Positions 24,479 through 33,589 of a stretch of 64,000 nt of DNA are shown here, one piece after another (position 1 is the first letter of the stretch; every line of letters begins with the position of its first letter). Source of the stretch: an uncultured virus (IMG/VR IMGVR_UViG_3300017991_000099) (Duplodnaviria > Heunggongvirae > Uroviricota > Caudoviricetes); the IMG/VR virus record IMGVR_UViG_3300017991_000099; one strand, 5' to 3'. The translations under genes and the position numbers were made by a program. The notes under the pieces are model-generated. The model did no database searches. It saw only the letters and a program-made list of their open reading frames with translations, and was not told the DNA's origin.

Positions 24479-25072
24479 ATGTCTAGACTTAAGATTAATA
24501 AAGAAGGAAATAGGTGGTGGTATAATTCTAAAAATCAAAGACATAGAGAAGACGGTCCTGCTATTGAAAGAAGCAATGGACATAAAGAATGGTATAAAAA
24601 CGGTAAATTGCATAGAGAAGACGGTCCTGCTGTTGAAGATAGTAGAGGATATAAATATTGGTATAAAAACGATAAGCTACATAGGGAAGATGGACCCGCT
24701 GTTGAAATAAATAATGGAGATAAAGAATGGTATAAAAACGGCAAAAGACACAGAATAGATGGTCCTGCAATAGAATTTAGTAATGGATATAAATATTGGT
24801 ATAAAAACGGAAAACTACATAGATTAGATGGTCCTGCTGTTGAAATAAATAATGGATATAAAGAATGGTATAAAAATGGTAAACTACATAGATTAGATGG
24901 TCCTGCTGTTGAATATACTGATGGAGAAAAATATTGGTATAAAAATGATAAAAGACATAGAATAGATGGTCCTGCTTGTGAATATACTGATGGGTCTAAA
25001 GAATGGTATATAAACAATAAAAAATATACAGAGGAAGAATTTAATAAAAAAGTTGCGAAAATTTCTACTTGA
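24479..25072 (+). CDS. HRxDGPA-repeat protein (7 repeats)
   Basis: 66-bp tandem coding repeats. Confidence 0.92.
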   Translation: MSRLKINKEGNRWWYNSKNQRHREDGPAIERSNGHKEWYKNGKLHREDGPAVEDSRGYKYWYKNDKLHREDGPAVEINNGDKEWYKNGKRHRIDGPAIEFSNGYKYWYKNGKLHRLDGPAVEINNGYKEWYKNGKLHRLDGPAVEYTDGEKYWYKNDKRHRIDGPACEYTDGSKEWYINNKKYTEEEFNKKVAKIST

Positions 25073-25126
25073 GTTTTGTATATATATCTGTTAACTTAGA
25101 ACAACAAACAAAAAGGAGAAAAAGAA

Positions 25127-25732
25127 ATGACAGCTAAGTGTGAAGAAATTCCTCTGCCCAACGGTGAAATTGAAACCTATTACTACAACGAAAATGGGCA
25201 AAAGCACCGTACTGATGGTCCTGCTGTTGACGGTCCTAATAGTACAGAGTATTGGGTAAATGGCCAGCTTCATCGAGATAATGGCCCCAGTATTGTCTAT
25301 CATAAGGGCGACGAAAATGGTGTAGGTGTTGGACAAAAACTCTGGCATCTTAATGGTGTTCGTATGCCCGAGTATATTGTGACAGCGAATAATGCAGATT
25401 TCAAGCGTGAGTGGTATTTTGAAGAGAAAAATGCTGAAGTCCGTCGTGAAATCCTTCGTAAGTTTGGAATTGAGCGGATTATCACAATTGTCAACAAAAA
25501 GCGGCTGAAGATTGGTGATGCTGTCCTGCTCGATAAGGAAGATAATAACGACCTTGAGTATGAGTTGTATAAGGTCCGTCTAACTCAGCAGACATACGGC
25601 ATTTACCTGAAAATGAAGAATCCTAGCGTTGGAGTATATCATTTTGAGGGTGTGCCAAATGAGATTAAAACCGTAGAGGAAGCAATTAATTGGCGAAATC
25701 ATGGACACGGAAGGCCAGAATTTTTGTCCTAA
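25127..25732 (+). CDS. DUF6745-like protein with N-terminal HRxDGP repeats
   Basis: HRTDGPA; NAEVRREILRKFG; YLKMKNPS..YHFEGVP..TVEEAINW. Confidence 0.6.
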   Translation: MTAKCEEIPLPNGEIETYYYNENGQKHRTDGPAVDGPNSTEYWVNGQLHRDNGPSIVYHKGDENGVGVGQKLWHLNGVRMPEYIVTANNADFKREWYFEEKNAEVRREILRKFGIERIITIVNKKRLKIGDAVLLDKEDNNDLEYELYKVRLTQQTYGIYLKMKNPSVGVYHFEGVPNEIKTVEEAINWRNHGHGRPEFLS

Positions 25733-25822
25733 TTTCAAAAATAAAAAGAAAAATACGAAATTTTTACTTGATTAATTGTCTATAATACTACATATTGAGG
25801 ATAACGTCTAAAAGGAGAGAAA

Positions 25823-26134
25823 ATGAATAAGATCTATCAGCAAGGAGATGTGTTGTTTGTTCCCCGTGCTGACAACATTCCTGAGAACACTGAGGTTAAG
25901 AAGGATATGATTGTTGCAGAGGGTGAAGTAACTGGACATATGCATGAGGTTATTTCGCCTGATGCTACTGTCTATGTCGATAAGGAAGGCAATATCTTCC
26001 TTGATGCTGAAAAGGGTGCTACTGTTACGCACCAAGAGCATCATAAGGTCGATGTTCCTCCTGGCAAGTACGACATTAAGATTGTCCGTGAGTATGATCC
26101 CCTGGAAAATGAGGTTCGAGAAGTCAGGGATTAA
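25823..26134 (+). CDS. conserved His-containing protein (usual partner of DUF6745-like genes)
   Basis: QQGDVLF, AEGEVTGHMH, HQEH, PGKY..REYDP. Confidence 0.75.
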   Translation: MNKIYQQGDVLFVPRADNIPENTEVKKDMIVAEGEVTGHMHEVISPDATVYVDKEGNIFLDAEKGATVTHQEHHKVDVPPGKYDIKIVREYDPLENEVREVRD

Positions 26135-26179
26135 GAAAATTGAGTTGCCACTTATATAAAGGTGGCTCAATATTAGAGA

Positions 26180-26548
26180 AAGGGGAATCGGGCTGTTAGT
26201 AGGGATCTGCAGGCCCTCCCATCCCCGAATAGAAGCCCTTGTAACCGCTGACAGACCGAGTAGGTGACGACCTCTTGGAAATTGCGGGGCTAAAATTGAA
26301 GTTTAAAGTAGTACATAAGATGAGAGAATTAATGTGAGTGGTAAAATGGAGAAGTAAAAGAAACTGCCTGCAGGCCCATATTTTTGGTGTGGCAGACCGT
26401 CCTAGGAAGGAATATGGGAAACCCTCAACGTGGAGTACAGCCTTTAGCCCGGAGGCGTTGTATTCGGGATTATGCAGTGTAAGACTATATTGGCTCCCGT
26501 TGGATAAAGAAAGAGGGCATGAGAGTATCCGAGACTCTCACTTTTTTT
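26180..26548 (+). ncRNA. candidate ~370-nt structured RNA
   Basis: GC-rich, no credible ORF, many complementary segments, ends in TGAGAGT/ACTCTCA hairpin + T7. Confidence 0.5.
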
Positions 26549-26892
26549 GAAAATAAATCAGCAGAAGTGGATGGAAGTCGAATAGATCGCAGTGAAGATG
26601 GAATGCAAGGTATTGTAACGGTTTTTCATTTTTCTTTTATATTAATTGCTACTTTTAATGTATGGGATAGAAGTGTAAGGTAAGAGAGTGCAGCGGTAAT
26701 CGACAGTAACGGGAAGCACTTAAACAATGCAACAATACAAAAACATATTATCACACCCCCACCTTATAGGACGATTAAGATCTTATATACACAGGTCTTA
26801 AATAAATCGTTCTGTACAAAGTAATTTTTCTACAATTTAATTTCGAAATTTTCTGCTCAGATTTTGTATATAAAGGCAGAAGGAAATAAATC

Positions 26893-27108
26893 ATGCTAAA
26901 AAGAATTAAATGCTTTTGGAAATCATTTATAAAAGGAGCCGGATCAATCTCTCTATATCAACCAATAATTACTTATGAAGATATACAAGCAGAAGTGGAT
27001 GATATTGAAAAAGAAGTTGATGAAAAACTGAAGGATGAAGGATATGCTCCCAGAAATCACACTGGAAGACACACTCAGAATTGCAGGCGTAGTGACTGGC
27101 CTATATAA
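26893..27108 (+). CDS. hypothetical protein
   Basis: promoter and RBS. Confidence 0.6.
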   Translation: MLKRIKCFWKSFIKGAGSISLYQPIITYEDIQAEVDDIEKEVDEKLKDEGYAPRNHTGRHTQNCRRSDWPI

Positions 27109-27625
27109 AATCGGCTCTGCTAATGGTTCAGAGCTTTCAACAGCATTGGAAGACTTTGCTGCTGAAACAATAGACGTTAATTGGGCATTGATTGGTGGTC
27201 TTGCTGTAGGTTTCCATTCAAGACCAAGAGGTACACAAGACGTAGATATTCTGTTGAAAAGCGGAGGAGATATTGATAAACTGGTTCATATGCTGAAAAG
27301 TTTTAAAAGACATAGATCACATGCTTTTGAACATAAAAAGACCGGAGTAGAGGTTGAAGTTCTTACTCCTGAATTTCTTAATATTGATTCAAGCATTGTT
27401 TCAAAAGCAATCGAGACAAGTGAAAAACATAACCTAAAAGGATCTCAAGTTCCCGTCGTTTCAAAAGCGGGATTAGTAGCTCTTAAACTGCAAAGAGGAA
27501 AACGACAAGACCTAGCAGATATTGAGAGTGTATTGTCCAAGGATCGTTCTATTGATTGTTCTGAATATAATCTGACTGAAGAACAAAAGAAAACACTAGA
27601 GGAAATTAGAGAGGATTTAAAATAA
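27035..27625 (+). CDS. nucleotidyltransferase (AbiEii/DUF6036-like)
   Basis: LIGGLAV..H.RPRGTQDVDIL; LVALKL..GKRQDLADI. Confidence 0.8.
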   Translation: MKDMLPEITLEDTLRIAGVVTGLYKIGSANGSELSTALEDFAAETIDVNWALIGGLAVGFHSRPRGTQDVDILLKSGGDIDKLVHMLKSFKRHRSHAFEHKKTGVEVEVLTPEFLNIDSSIVSKAIETSEKHNLKGSQVPVVSKAGLVALKLQRGKRQDLADIESVLSKDRSIDCSEYNLTEEQKKTLEEIREDLK

Positions 27626-27626
27626 T

Positions 27627-27647
27627 GGGCCTTTAGCTCAGTTGGTT
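27627..27647 (+). pseudogene. tRNA 5' stub
   Basis: GGGCCTTTAGCTCAGTTGGTT, then AT-rich non-tRNA sequence. Confidence 0.7.
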
Positions 27648-27700
27648 GAAAATATTAATTTAACTACGAATTTTTCGATAATACTTTTGTCTATATGTTT

Positions 27701-27712
27701 GTTCTTTGAAAA
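27701..27712 (+). promoter_or_regulatory. boxA-like antitermination site upstream of tRNA
   Basis: GTTCTTTGAAAA after the phage promoter motif. Confidence 0.5.
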
Positions 27713-27757
27713 TTAGGTGTGGGTCCGTAGCTCAGTTGGTCAGAGCGGTTGACTCAT

Positions 27758-28535
27758 CTGAACTTCAATTCATAGTTCAAATTTTTGAATAGTTGGATAT
27801 AATATAGAAGACTATTCAAAAAGGAGATTGCTATGAAAACCAAATGTGAAGTTAGAATGTTGAATGGTTACCGAGTTCTTTTGGTTCCTGATCATCCAAG
27901 AGCAATGAAAAACGACAATTGGAATGGTTATGTTTATGAACACATTCTTGTTGTAGAAAAATTCTTAAAACGATCATTATATCCAAATGAAGTAGTACAC
28001 CATTTGGATGGAAATAGAGCTAATAATCGAATTGAGAATTTGTTGGTTTTGGATAGAGGACAACATACAAAACTTCATATGTGGTTAGAATCAGGTGCTC
28101 CCGGAATCGAAAGATACGGTGAGAATGGGGTGAATTCAGGGAAATCTAAGGTTGCTTATTGTAAGTGTTGTCAGCAAACTTTGCAGCGTAAACAAAAAGA
28201 ATATTGTTCACGAGGATGTGCAAATACAGGTCGAAGAAAAGCAGAAAGACCTACTAAAGAACAATTAGCTAAAGATATTGATGATATGTCTTGGTTAGCA
28301 ATTGGAAGAAAATATGAGGTTAGCGATAATGCTGCAAGAAAGTGGGCACGACAATATGGTTTACTATGATAATCCTGAGCCAAGCTTGCCGAATTGGCAT
28401 AAAAGTAAGCAAGAAGGTGCAGAGACTAGAAAGTGAGAAGCCAGATCAATAAACTTTCAAATAGCGCCCCATACCCTAACGTAAAGTCGAGGGTAATGAG
28501 ATAGTCCACGGAGTAGTGAAAGCTACACAAACGTG
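27758..28535 (+). mobile_element. group I intron
   Basis: exon ends in U, intron ends in G; P1 CAU/CUGA pairs with UCAGGUG 28091-28097; P3 ATGGGGTG/CGCCCCAT; P GAATTCAGGGAA, Q AATCCTGAGCCAAG, R GCAGAGACTA, S GAGATAGTCC; P9 GAAA hairpin. Confidence 0.92.
27833..28369 (+). CDS. intron-encoded HNH homing endonuclease with C-terminal Zn-finger/HTH
   Basis: YVYEH...VVHHLDGNRANNRIENL; CKCC..YCSRGC; SWLAIGRKYEVSDNAARKW. Confidence 0.9.
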   Translation: MKTKCEVRMLNGYRVLLVPDHPRAMKNDNWNGYVYEHILVVEKFLKRSLYPNEVVHHLDGNRANNRIENLLVLDRGQHTKLHMWLESGAPGIERYGENGVNSGKSKVAYCKCCQQTLQRKQKEYCSRGCANTGRRKAERPTKEQLAKDIDDMSWLAIGRKYEVSDNAARKWARQYGLL

Positions 28536-28644
28536 AATCAATTGGTCGGGGGTTCAAGTCCCTCCGGACCCACCAAAAAATAAATTAGTTCTGAAATTTT
28601 TAAGACTAATTTTGTATATATGCTTGTTGAAGAAAGAGAAGAAA

Positions 28645-28896
28645 ATGGAAAAACTTACAGAAATGCTTGAAGCACATGAACGTAAAAACCTGAAAATTCT
28701 TTGTCGAATGTTCATGGCTAACCGATATGATAATGAAATGAAAGATGCACTTATCCCAGTAATGGATGCTTTCTCTGTTTGGATTGATAATCATTTTGGA
28801 GAAGGCACAACAGAAAAATGGATCGAACAAATTTGTATTGAAGCAGAAGAATCATATAAAAAGTATTGCGAAATGAGGAAAGAAATTAAAGTTTAG
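28645..28896 (+). CDS. hypothetical protein
   Basis: promoter motif upstream. Confidence 0.7.
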   Translation: MEKLTEMLEAHERKNLKILCRMFMANRYDNEMKDALIPVMDAFSVWIDNHFGEGTTEKWIEQICIEAEESYKKYCEMRKEIKV

Positions 28897-28906
28897 AAAG
28901 GAAAAT

Positions 28907-28995
28907 GCCGGGGTAGCCCAATTGGCAGGAGGCAACGGACTTAAAATCCGTTCGGCGTAAGCCGCGTGTGGGTTCGAATCCCATCCCCGGTACCA
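28907..28995 (+). tRNA. tRNA-Leu(TAA)
   Basis: cloverleaf, ACGGA-CTTAAAA-TCCGT, long variable arm, CCA. Confidence 0.95.
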
Positions 28996-29003
28996 AAATA
29001 AAA

Positions 29004-29082
29004 TGGGCGGAAAGCGTGGTTCGCTCGGGAATTCTTATAAAATTCTGTCTGCTGTAGGGTTCAATTCCCTCCCGCCCAACCA
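29004..29082 (+). tRNA. tRNA-Ile(TAT), atypical short D-loop
   Basis: TGGGCGG/CCGCCCA acceptor, GAATT-CTTATAA-AATTC, TTCAATT loop, CCA. Confidence 0.75.
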
Positions 29083-29204
29083 ATTATTTATTTTCTTCCT
29101 AATTTTTTGCAGGGAGAATTGTATATAATAGAAGTAGAGGCAATGTACTGGACAGAAGCCGATAGTAGCTGCAACGTAAGCCAGGGTAGAGTAAAGGAGA
29201 GGTT

Positions 29205-29660
29205 ATGCTTACACAAGAAAAAAGCACTGTTGGCAAAAAGGTCGGCTCGTGCATTTATATTCACCGTTTGTATGAAAAAGAAGTAATACCTAGTTTTACT
29301 TTGAATCGAGCAAAAGAAATTGCCGGAGACATAATTGAAGGATATACGGCAGTTCGATATAACAAGAAAGAACAGTCGGTATGTTTTCAATTTAGCCCTG
29401 ATTTTGATACGGCTGATGAACCGATTGTTGGTGATTGTATTTTGGTTAAGAAGAATGGTGAAGTTACTATTACAAAGCAGAAGAAAGACCCACAGATTTG
29501 GCATCATAAATGGATGTGGGTTAGGCCGGAGTATAAGGGTTTTAATTATGAGGAAAGCAAAAAGCGTAGTTGGCTTTGGATTTCTCATATAACGTCCGAA
29601 GAAAAACGAAAGATTGGCACTAAGTCTTTTTGGGATAGCATTAGGACAAGATGGGAGTAA
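29205..29660 (+). CDS. hypothetical protein resembling C-terminal region of phosphorothioation-associated putative methyltransferases
   Basis: VGKK...IYIH, PDFDTADEP, DPQIWHHKWMWV; similarity recalled, not searched. Confidence 0.5.
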   Translation: MLTQEKSTVGKKVGSCIYIHRLYEKEVIPSFTLNRAKEIAGDIIEGYTAVRYNKKEQSVCFQFSPDFDTADEPIVGDCILVKKNGEVTITKQKKDPQIWHHKWMWVRPEYKGFNYEESKKRSWLWISHITSEEKRKIGTKSFWDSIRTRWE

Positions 29661-30352
29661 TTTTGTCATTAAATAGAAACAATCAAAACAAAGATTCTGT
29701 TTCTTATAAGAGATCATTAATTATTGGGACTCTTTTAGGAGATGCATATTCTAGAAAAAGAATTTTAAAAAATGGAGGTTTAAGAGTAGAATATACAATA
29801 AGTCACTCTTTAAAACAAAAGGATTTAGTTTATTGGAAAGCATCTGAAATATCTCGTGTTTTTAATGTAAAAATTAATGTTAAAGATGAAAAATATAACA
29901 GAGCAGTTTTTTATTTAATTGGATCCAAACGGTTGCGAGTAATTCATGAGTGGTTTCATAATAAAAGAAGGAAAATAATAAGCCCAAAAATTAGATTTAT
30001 GAATCATCCTATAGGTTTGTCGATGTTGCTTTGTGATGATGGTTGTATAAACAAAAGGAAAAAGAAGCATAAAGATGGATCTATTTATTATCTTAAACCA
30101 ACAATAACAATTGCAACACATTGTTTTTTAAAAAAAGAAGTTGATATATTGTTAAATCATTTAGAAAGAACATGGGGAATTTGTGGATATATCAATCCAG
30201 AACGCAGAAACAGAAACGGATCAATTAAAGAATATCAGAGAATTTGGTTCAATTCTCAAAACAGTGAAATTTTATGGAACATTGTTTCAGATTGGATTCC
30301 TAATGTGAATTCAATGTTTAATAAGTTTGCTTTTGCTTTTGAGAGATTTTAA
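29651..30352 (+). CDS. LAGLIDADG homing endonuclease (free-standing)
   Basis: IIGTLLGDA and LSMLLCDDG motifs; SHSLKQKDLVYWK. Confidence 0.88.
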   Translation: MGVILSLNRNNQNKDSVSYKRSLIIGTLLGDAYSRKRILKNGGLRVEYTISHSLKQKDLVYWKASEISRVFNVKINVKDEKYNRAVFYLIGSKRLRVIHEWFHNKRRKIISPKIRFMNHPIGLSMLLCDDGCINKRKKKHKDGSIYYLKPTITIATHCFLKKEVDILLNHLERTWGICGYINPERRNRNGSIKEYQRIWFNSQNSEILWNIVSDWIPNVNSMFNKFAFAFERF

Positions 30353-30359
30353 ATTATAA

Positions 30360-30383
30360 GCCCCGTAGCTCAATTGAATAGAG
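30360..30383 (+). pseudogene. tRNA-Arg-like 5' stub
   Basis: GCCCCGTAGCTCAATTGAATAGAG, then non-tRNA sequence. Confidence 0.65.
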
Positions 30384-30421
30384 TAAAAACAACTTGCAAA
30401 AGGAATTTTATGTAATATAAT

Positions 30422-30496
30422 GCTCCCGTAGGTCAACGGATAGACTCAGAGATTTCTAATCTCTAGATCCCAGTTCGATTCTGGGCGGGAGTACCA
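30422..30496 (+). tRNA. tRNA-Arg(TCT)
   Basis: AGAGA-TTTCTAA-TCTCT; acceptor GCTCCCG/CGGGAGT; CCA. Confidence 0.93.
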
Positions 30497-30498
30497 AA

Positions 30499-30984
30499 AT
30501 GAAAAGTCCCCCTTGGAAAATTAAAAAGTTGATTTCTAAGGGGGATTACATATATACAAAAATCCCTAACCATCCTAAATCCACAAAACATGGATATATA
30601 TTGGAACACAGAATCATAATGGAGAATCATTTGGGGAGAATCCTTACAGCTTCTGAGATAATTCATCATAAAAATGGTAACAAGAAAGATAATCGAATTG
30701 AAAATCTGGAATTAACAAACAAAAGTAAACATGCTAGAAACCACATGAGAGAACATGGGCTTAAAATGGTTGAGCTAAAATGCCCCTTTTGTAATAAAGT
30801 TTTCAATCGTCAACACAATCTTACTCATTTAGGGAGGGGAAACGCAATAGCAACTTATTGTTCTCGAAGTTGCAATGGGAAAATGAGCAGACAAAAACAA
30901 CTTGGCAAAATCTCAAGAGAAGAATATAATAAAGCTATTGCTGGAAATGTAATCAAAGAGTATTTACGATTTATTGAGGAGTAA
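30499..30984 (+). CDS. HNH homing endonuclease
   Basis: GYILEHRIIMENHLGR..IIHHKNGNKKDNRIENL; CPFC..YCSRSC. Confidence 0.9.
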   Translation: MKSPPWKIKKLISKGDYIYTKIPNHPKSTKHGYILEHRIIMENHLGRILTASEIIHHKNGNKKDNRIENLELTNKSKHARNHMREHGLKMVELKCPFCNKVFNRQHNLTHLGRGNAIATYCSRSCNGKMSRQKQLGKISREEYNKAIAGNVIKEYLRFIEE

Positions 30985-30992
30985 AATTTCTT

Positions 30993-31190
30993 ATGTCAGA
31001 TAAAGTAGATTTAGACAGTATTGGTTATTTATGTTCTGAGTGTGCTAATAAGTTAGGTGGCAAATGGCCCGAAGGTCATGTTGCTACTTTTCATTTTGGT
31101 GATTGCGATGTATGTGGTAAGAATAAGTCGTTAGCCAATGTAGGTGATTGGAATTGGCCTGATAAAAAGCATAGAGGAATGAGAGATTAA
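30993..31190 (+). CDS. small Cys-rich hypothetical protein
   Basis: CSEC...CDVC; GAGGAG RBS. Confidence 0.65.
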   Translation: MSDKVDLDSIGYLCSECANKLGGKWPEGHVATFHFGDCDVCGKNKSLANVGDWNWPDKKHRGMRD

Positions 31191-31575
31191 TCGTTTCCTA
31201 AGACGATCATCCAATTAATCAAGTCTGCGTGGTTAAATTGGAAAAACACACCTTGAGAAGCGATAACTGTAAGCGGAGTGATATTTTCATAATCTCTTAG
31301 CAGCAATAAACTTTTAGCACATTCTTTTTTATATTCTTCTTTTTCTTCTTCATGTTCCGGTTTTGCATCTTTATCGTTCAAAAATCACTCCTTAAGATCA
31401 AAAACCTCAACCTTTGCATCTTTCATCCCCATTGATTTAGCCTGTCTTTCTCCCCATTCATATGCCTCAACCTTATCTTTTGTATTGGTTATGAATGTCT
31501 GCGAGTCTTTGTTCTTTTTGATTTTAACTTCGAATTTCATAAGTTAATTCCTTTTCTACATAATAAGAAAAATTA

Positions 31576-32706
31576 TTACATTTTTTGCAATATCTCTAAC
31601 AATGCTTCTTCTTTCATATTGATAACGTACTCATAAACCGATTCTACTTTACCGTTATTGAAAGCGAATAATGCGTGAGGCCATAGGGTTTTCTTAGCCT
31701 CCATAGCAAATGCCTTCTTATCTTCTTTCAGGTGTTGGAGTCGTTTGTAGTCTTCTTCTATTTTACTTGTTAATGAGTCCAATCTTCTTTTCATTTCAGT
31801 AATTTGCGATTCGTACTCCGGGAAATACGACAATACTTCATCTACTTCTCCTGTACGAATGAGGATAACTAGGCGTTTGGAGTTGAGCAGGTCTTCATCT
31901 CCGGCTCCTAGAAGGTGGCTCAGAGCAAGATAACGCGGGTTTTTAATCTTTACCCGCTTGTTGTTATACTCTCCTTCATTTAGAGCATATTGAGTTAAAA
32001 CAAAGCCTTCATCTGTCGGGTTGAAGTTTTCCAGAATAGCTTGGATATCTTCTCGGGTATTGAATTCATATTCCTTGGGTCTTGCGATTACCATATTTTC
32101 AGAGATATCGTTCAAGGTTTCTTCAGAGGCTTCACACAAAGTCTCCATATTACGAGCAGTTAGAAGTCTCAGGTCGCATTCGTTGTATAGAGTAAGAACA
32201 CGATTTTCAGGACCAATCAGTTCAAAGACAAAGACGATATGTTGTTTATCTTCAATATATCTTTGGGCATTAGGATATTTTGCCCATGCTTCGTTGAACA
32301 GATCGTTGAAAGTCTTATTTTCGTTATTTCCTACATTTCCAGAGGCAAGTACGGAACCTCTTGTAGCTGCTTGCCATTTGTTTTTGTGGGGGTGGAAATA
32401 CAGGATGATAAGAGAACCGTCAACCTTCTCTTGCAATTTGGCTACATTTAGATTGAGTTGTTCTGCCGGTCCTTCGTGTTCATTAAAAAAGCGATAGAAA
32501 GGAAAGGCTACGGAATTCCAGTTATTTTTAGAATCAAGAATAAGGCCACGACATTCATTGCATTCCTGGACGTTATTGGGTGAATTTATCATATGGTAGT
32601 TGATTTGTACTAGCCCGGTATCGTCTTCGTTAACTCTGAGGGACCATTTTTCTACAGCAGCCTCTAGTCCGTGTTCTCTTATGAATTTTTGGATTGCGAG
32701 TTCCAT
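31576..32706 (-). CDS. T4 Rnl1-like RNA ligase
   Basis: ECRGLIL, PFYRFFN, EKVDGS, ATRGS, FELIGPENR, DEGFVL, RVKIK. Confidence 0.9.
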   Translation of the reverse strand: MELAIQKFIREHGLEAAVEKWSLRVNEDDTGLVQINYHMINSPNNVQECNECRGLILDSKNNWNSVAFPFYRFFNEHEGPAEQLNLNVAKLQEKVDGSLIILYFHPHKNKWQAATRGSVLASGNVGNNENKTFNDLFNEAWAKYPNAQRYIEDKQHIVFVFELIGPENRVLTLYNECDLRLLTARNMETLCEASEETLNDISENMVIARPKEYEFNTREDIQAILENFNPTDEGFVLTQYALNEGEYNNKRVKIKNPRYLALSHLLGAGDEDLLNSKRLVILIRTGEVDEVLSYFPEYESQITEMKRRLDSLTSKIEEDYKRLQHLKEDKKAFAMEAKKTLWPHALFAFNNGKVESVYEYVINMKEEALLEILQKM

Positions 32707-32952
32707 TTATATATCCTTATTAAACATGGAATGGAGTTCTTTGGCTTCTTGTATGAGTTCGGGAGTTAAAAGAGCACCATCTGTAGACAAGTGTTCTAAG
32801 ACAGCCTTGATTCTTTGCATGGTGTCATAATCAACATCATAATAATCTTCACCAGTATCGTCAACCATACATTCAATAGGCATATATTCTCCCTTTATCT
32901 TTATTGTCTCTTTATATATACAAAAGTAAAGGGAAAAATTTAGGATATGTTT

Positions 32953-33570
32953 TTAATAATCTTCCGCATTCATTCTATTGATACGGAATTGCAGAGATTC
33001 ATTTTCGAGTTTTGTTTGTAGCACATTGATAAGTTTGAGTAGTTGGAGTGTTTGGATTGTGCTTAGTGGTTCTACAATCTCTTCAAAGTTTTCATTAATG
33101 ATGATTAGGTTGTCGTGGAATTCTTTCATGTCCATATTTAGTTTTCCTTATGATTTGTTTTAAGTGTTTCACAGGCTTTATCGTGCAATTATTTTACGCC
33201 AAGTTCATAAGATCTAACCTTAATTTGATCTAATGCTTTACGAAGGCGAACAATTTCATCTTCTAGTTTTTTACATTTTTGGCATGTTGTCATATTATAC
33301 TCTTTTGATTTAACGAAAACGATACTCTTTCTTACTTTCTTTTAATGTTTCTTTTATTAATTTGCTTATTTCTTTATCTTCTTTATTGAGATGCCAACGT
33401 TTAAAATGCTCTAGACAATTAATCATTTTTCTGATTCTTATATTAGAAAGCATACAATTATGTCGCATTCTACAATATGCTTTTTCATACATTTCCACTT
33501 CCAACTCAAGATTCTCAATTTTAACTTTCAAGAATTCAATTTCTTTTAATAGATCTTTTTTCTTAGGCAT
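32953..33570 (-). CDS. small hypothetical genes (32953-33135, 33310-33570)
   Basis: ORFs with RBSs. Confidence 0.6.
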
Positions 33571-33589
33571 TATTATTCTCCTTTTAAAA

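Larger units (their letters stand above)
27721..28575 (+). tRNA. tRNA(CAT), probably Ile2, intron-split (exons 27721-27757, 28536-28575)
   Basis: spliced product folds as a cloverleaf, loop CTCATAA, CCA end; resembles bacterial Ile2 tRNAs. Confidence 0.9.

Noticed and set aside
26180..26548. tmRNA or RNase P RNA
   Set aside because: No tRNA-like ends or T-arm, no plausible tag peptide, no GAGGAAAGTCC-type P4 signature
30394..30421. sigma70 promoter for tRNA-Arg (TTGCAA-16-TATAAT)
   Set aside because: The -10 abuts the first tRNA base, leaving no room for a start site upstream of the tRNA; left uncalled
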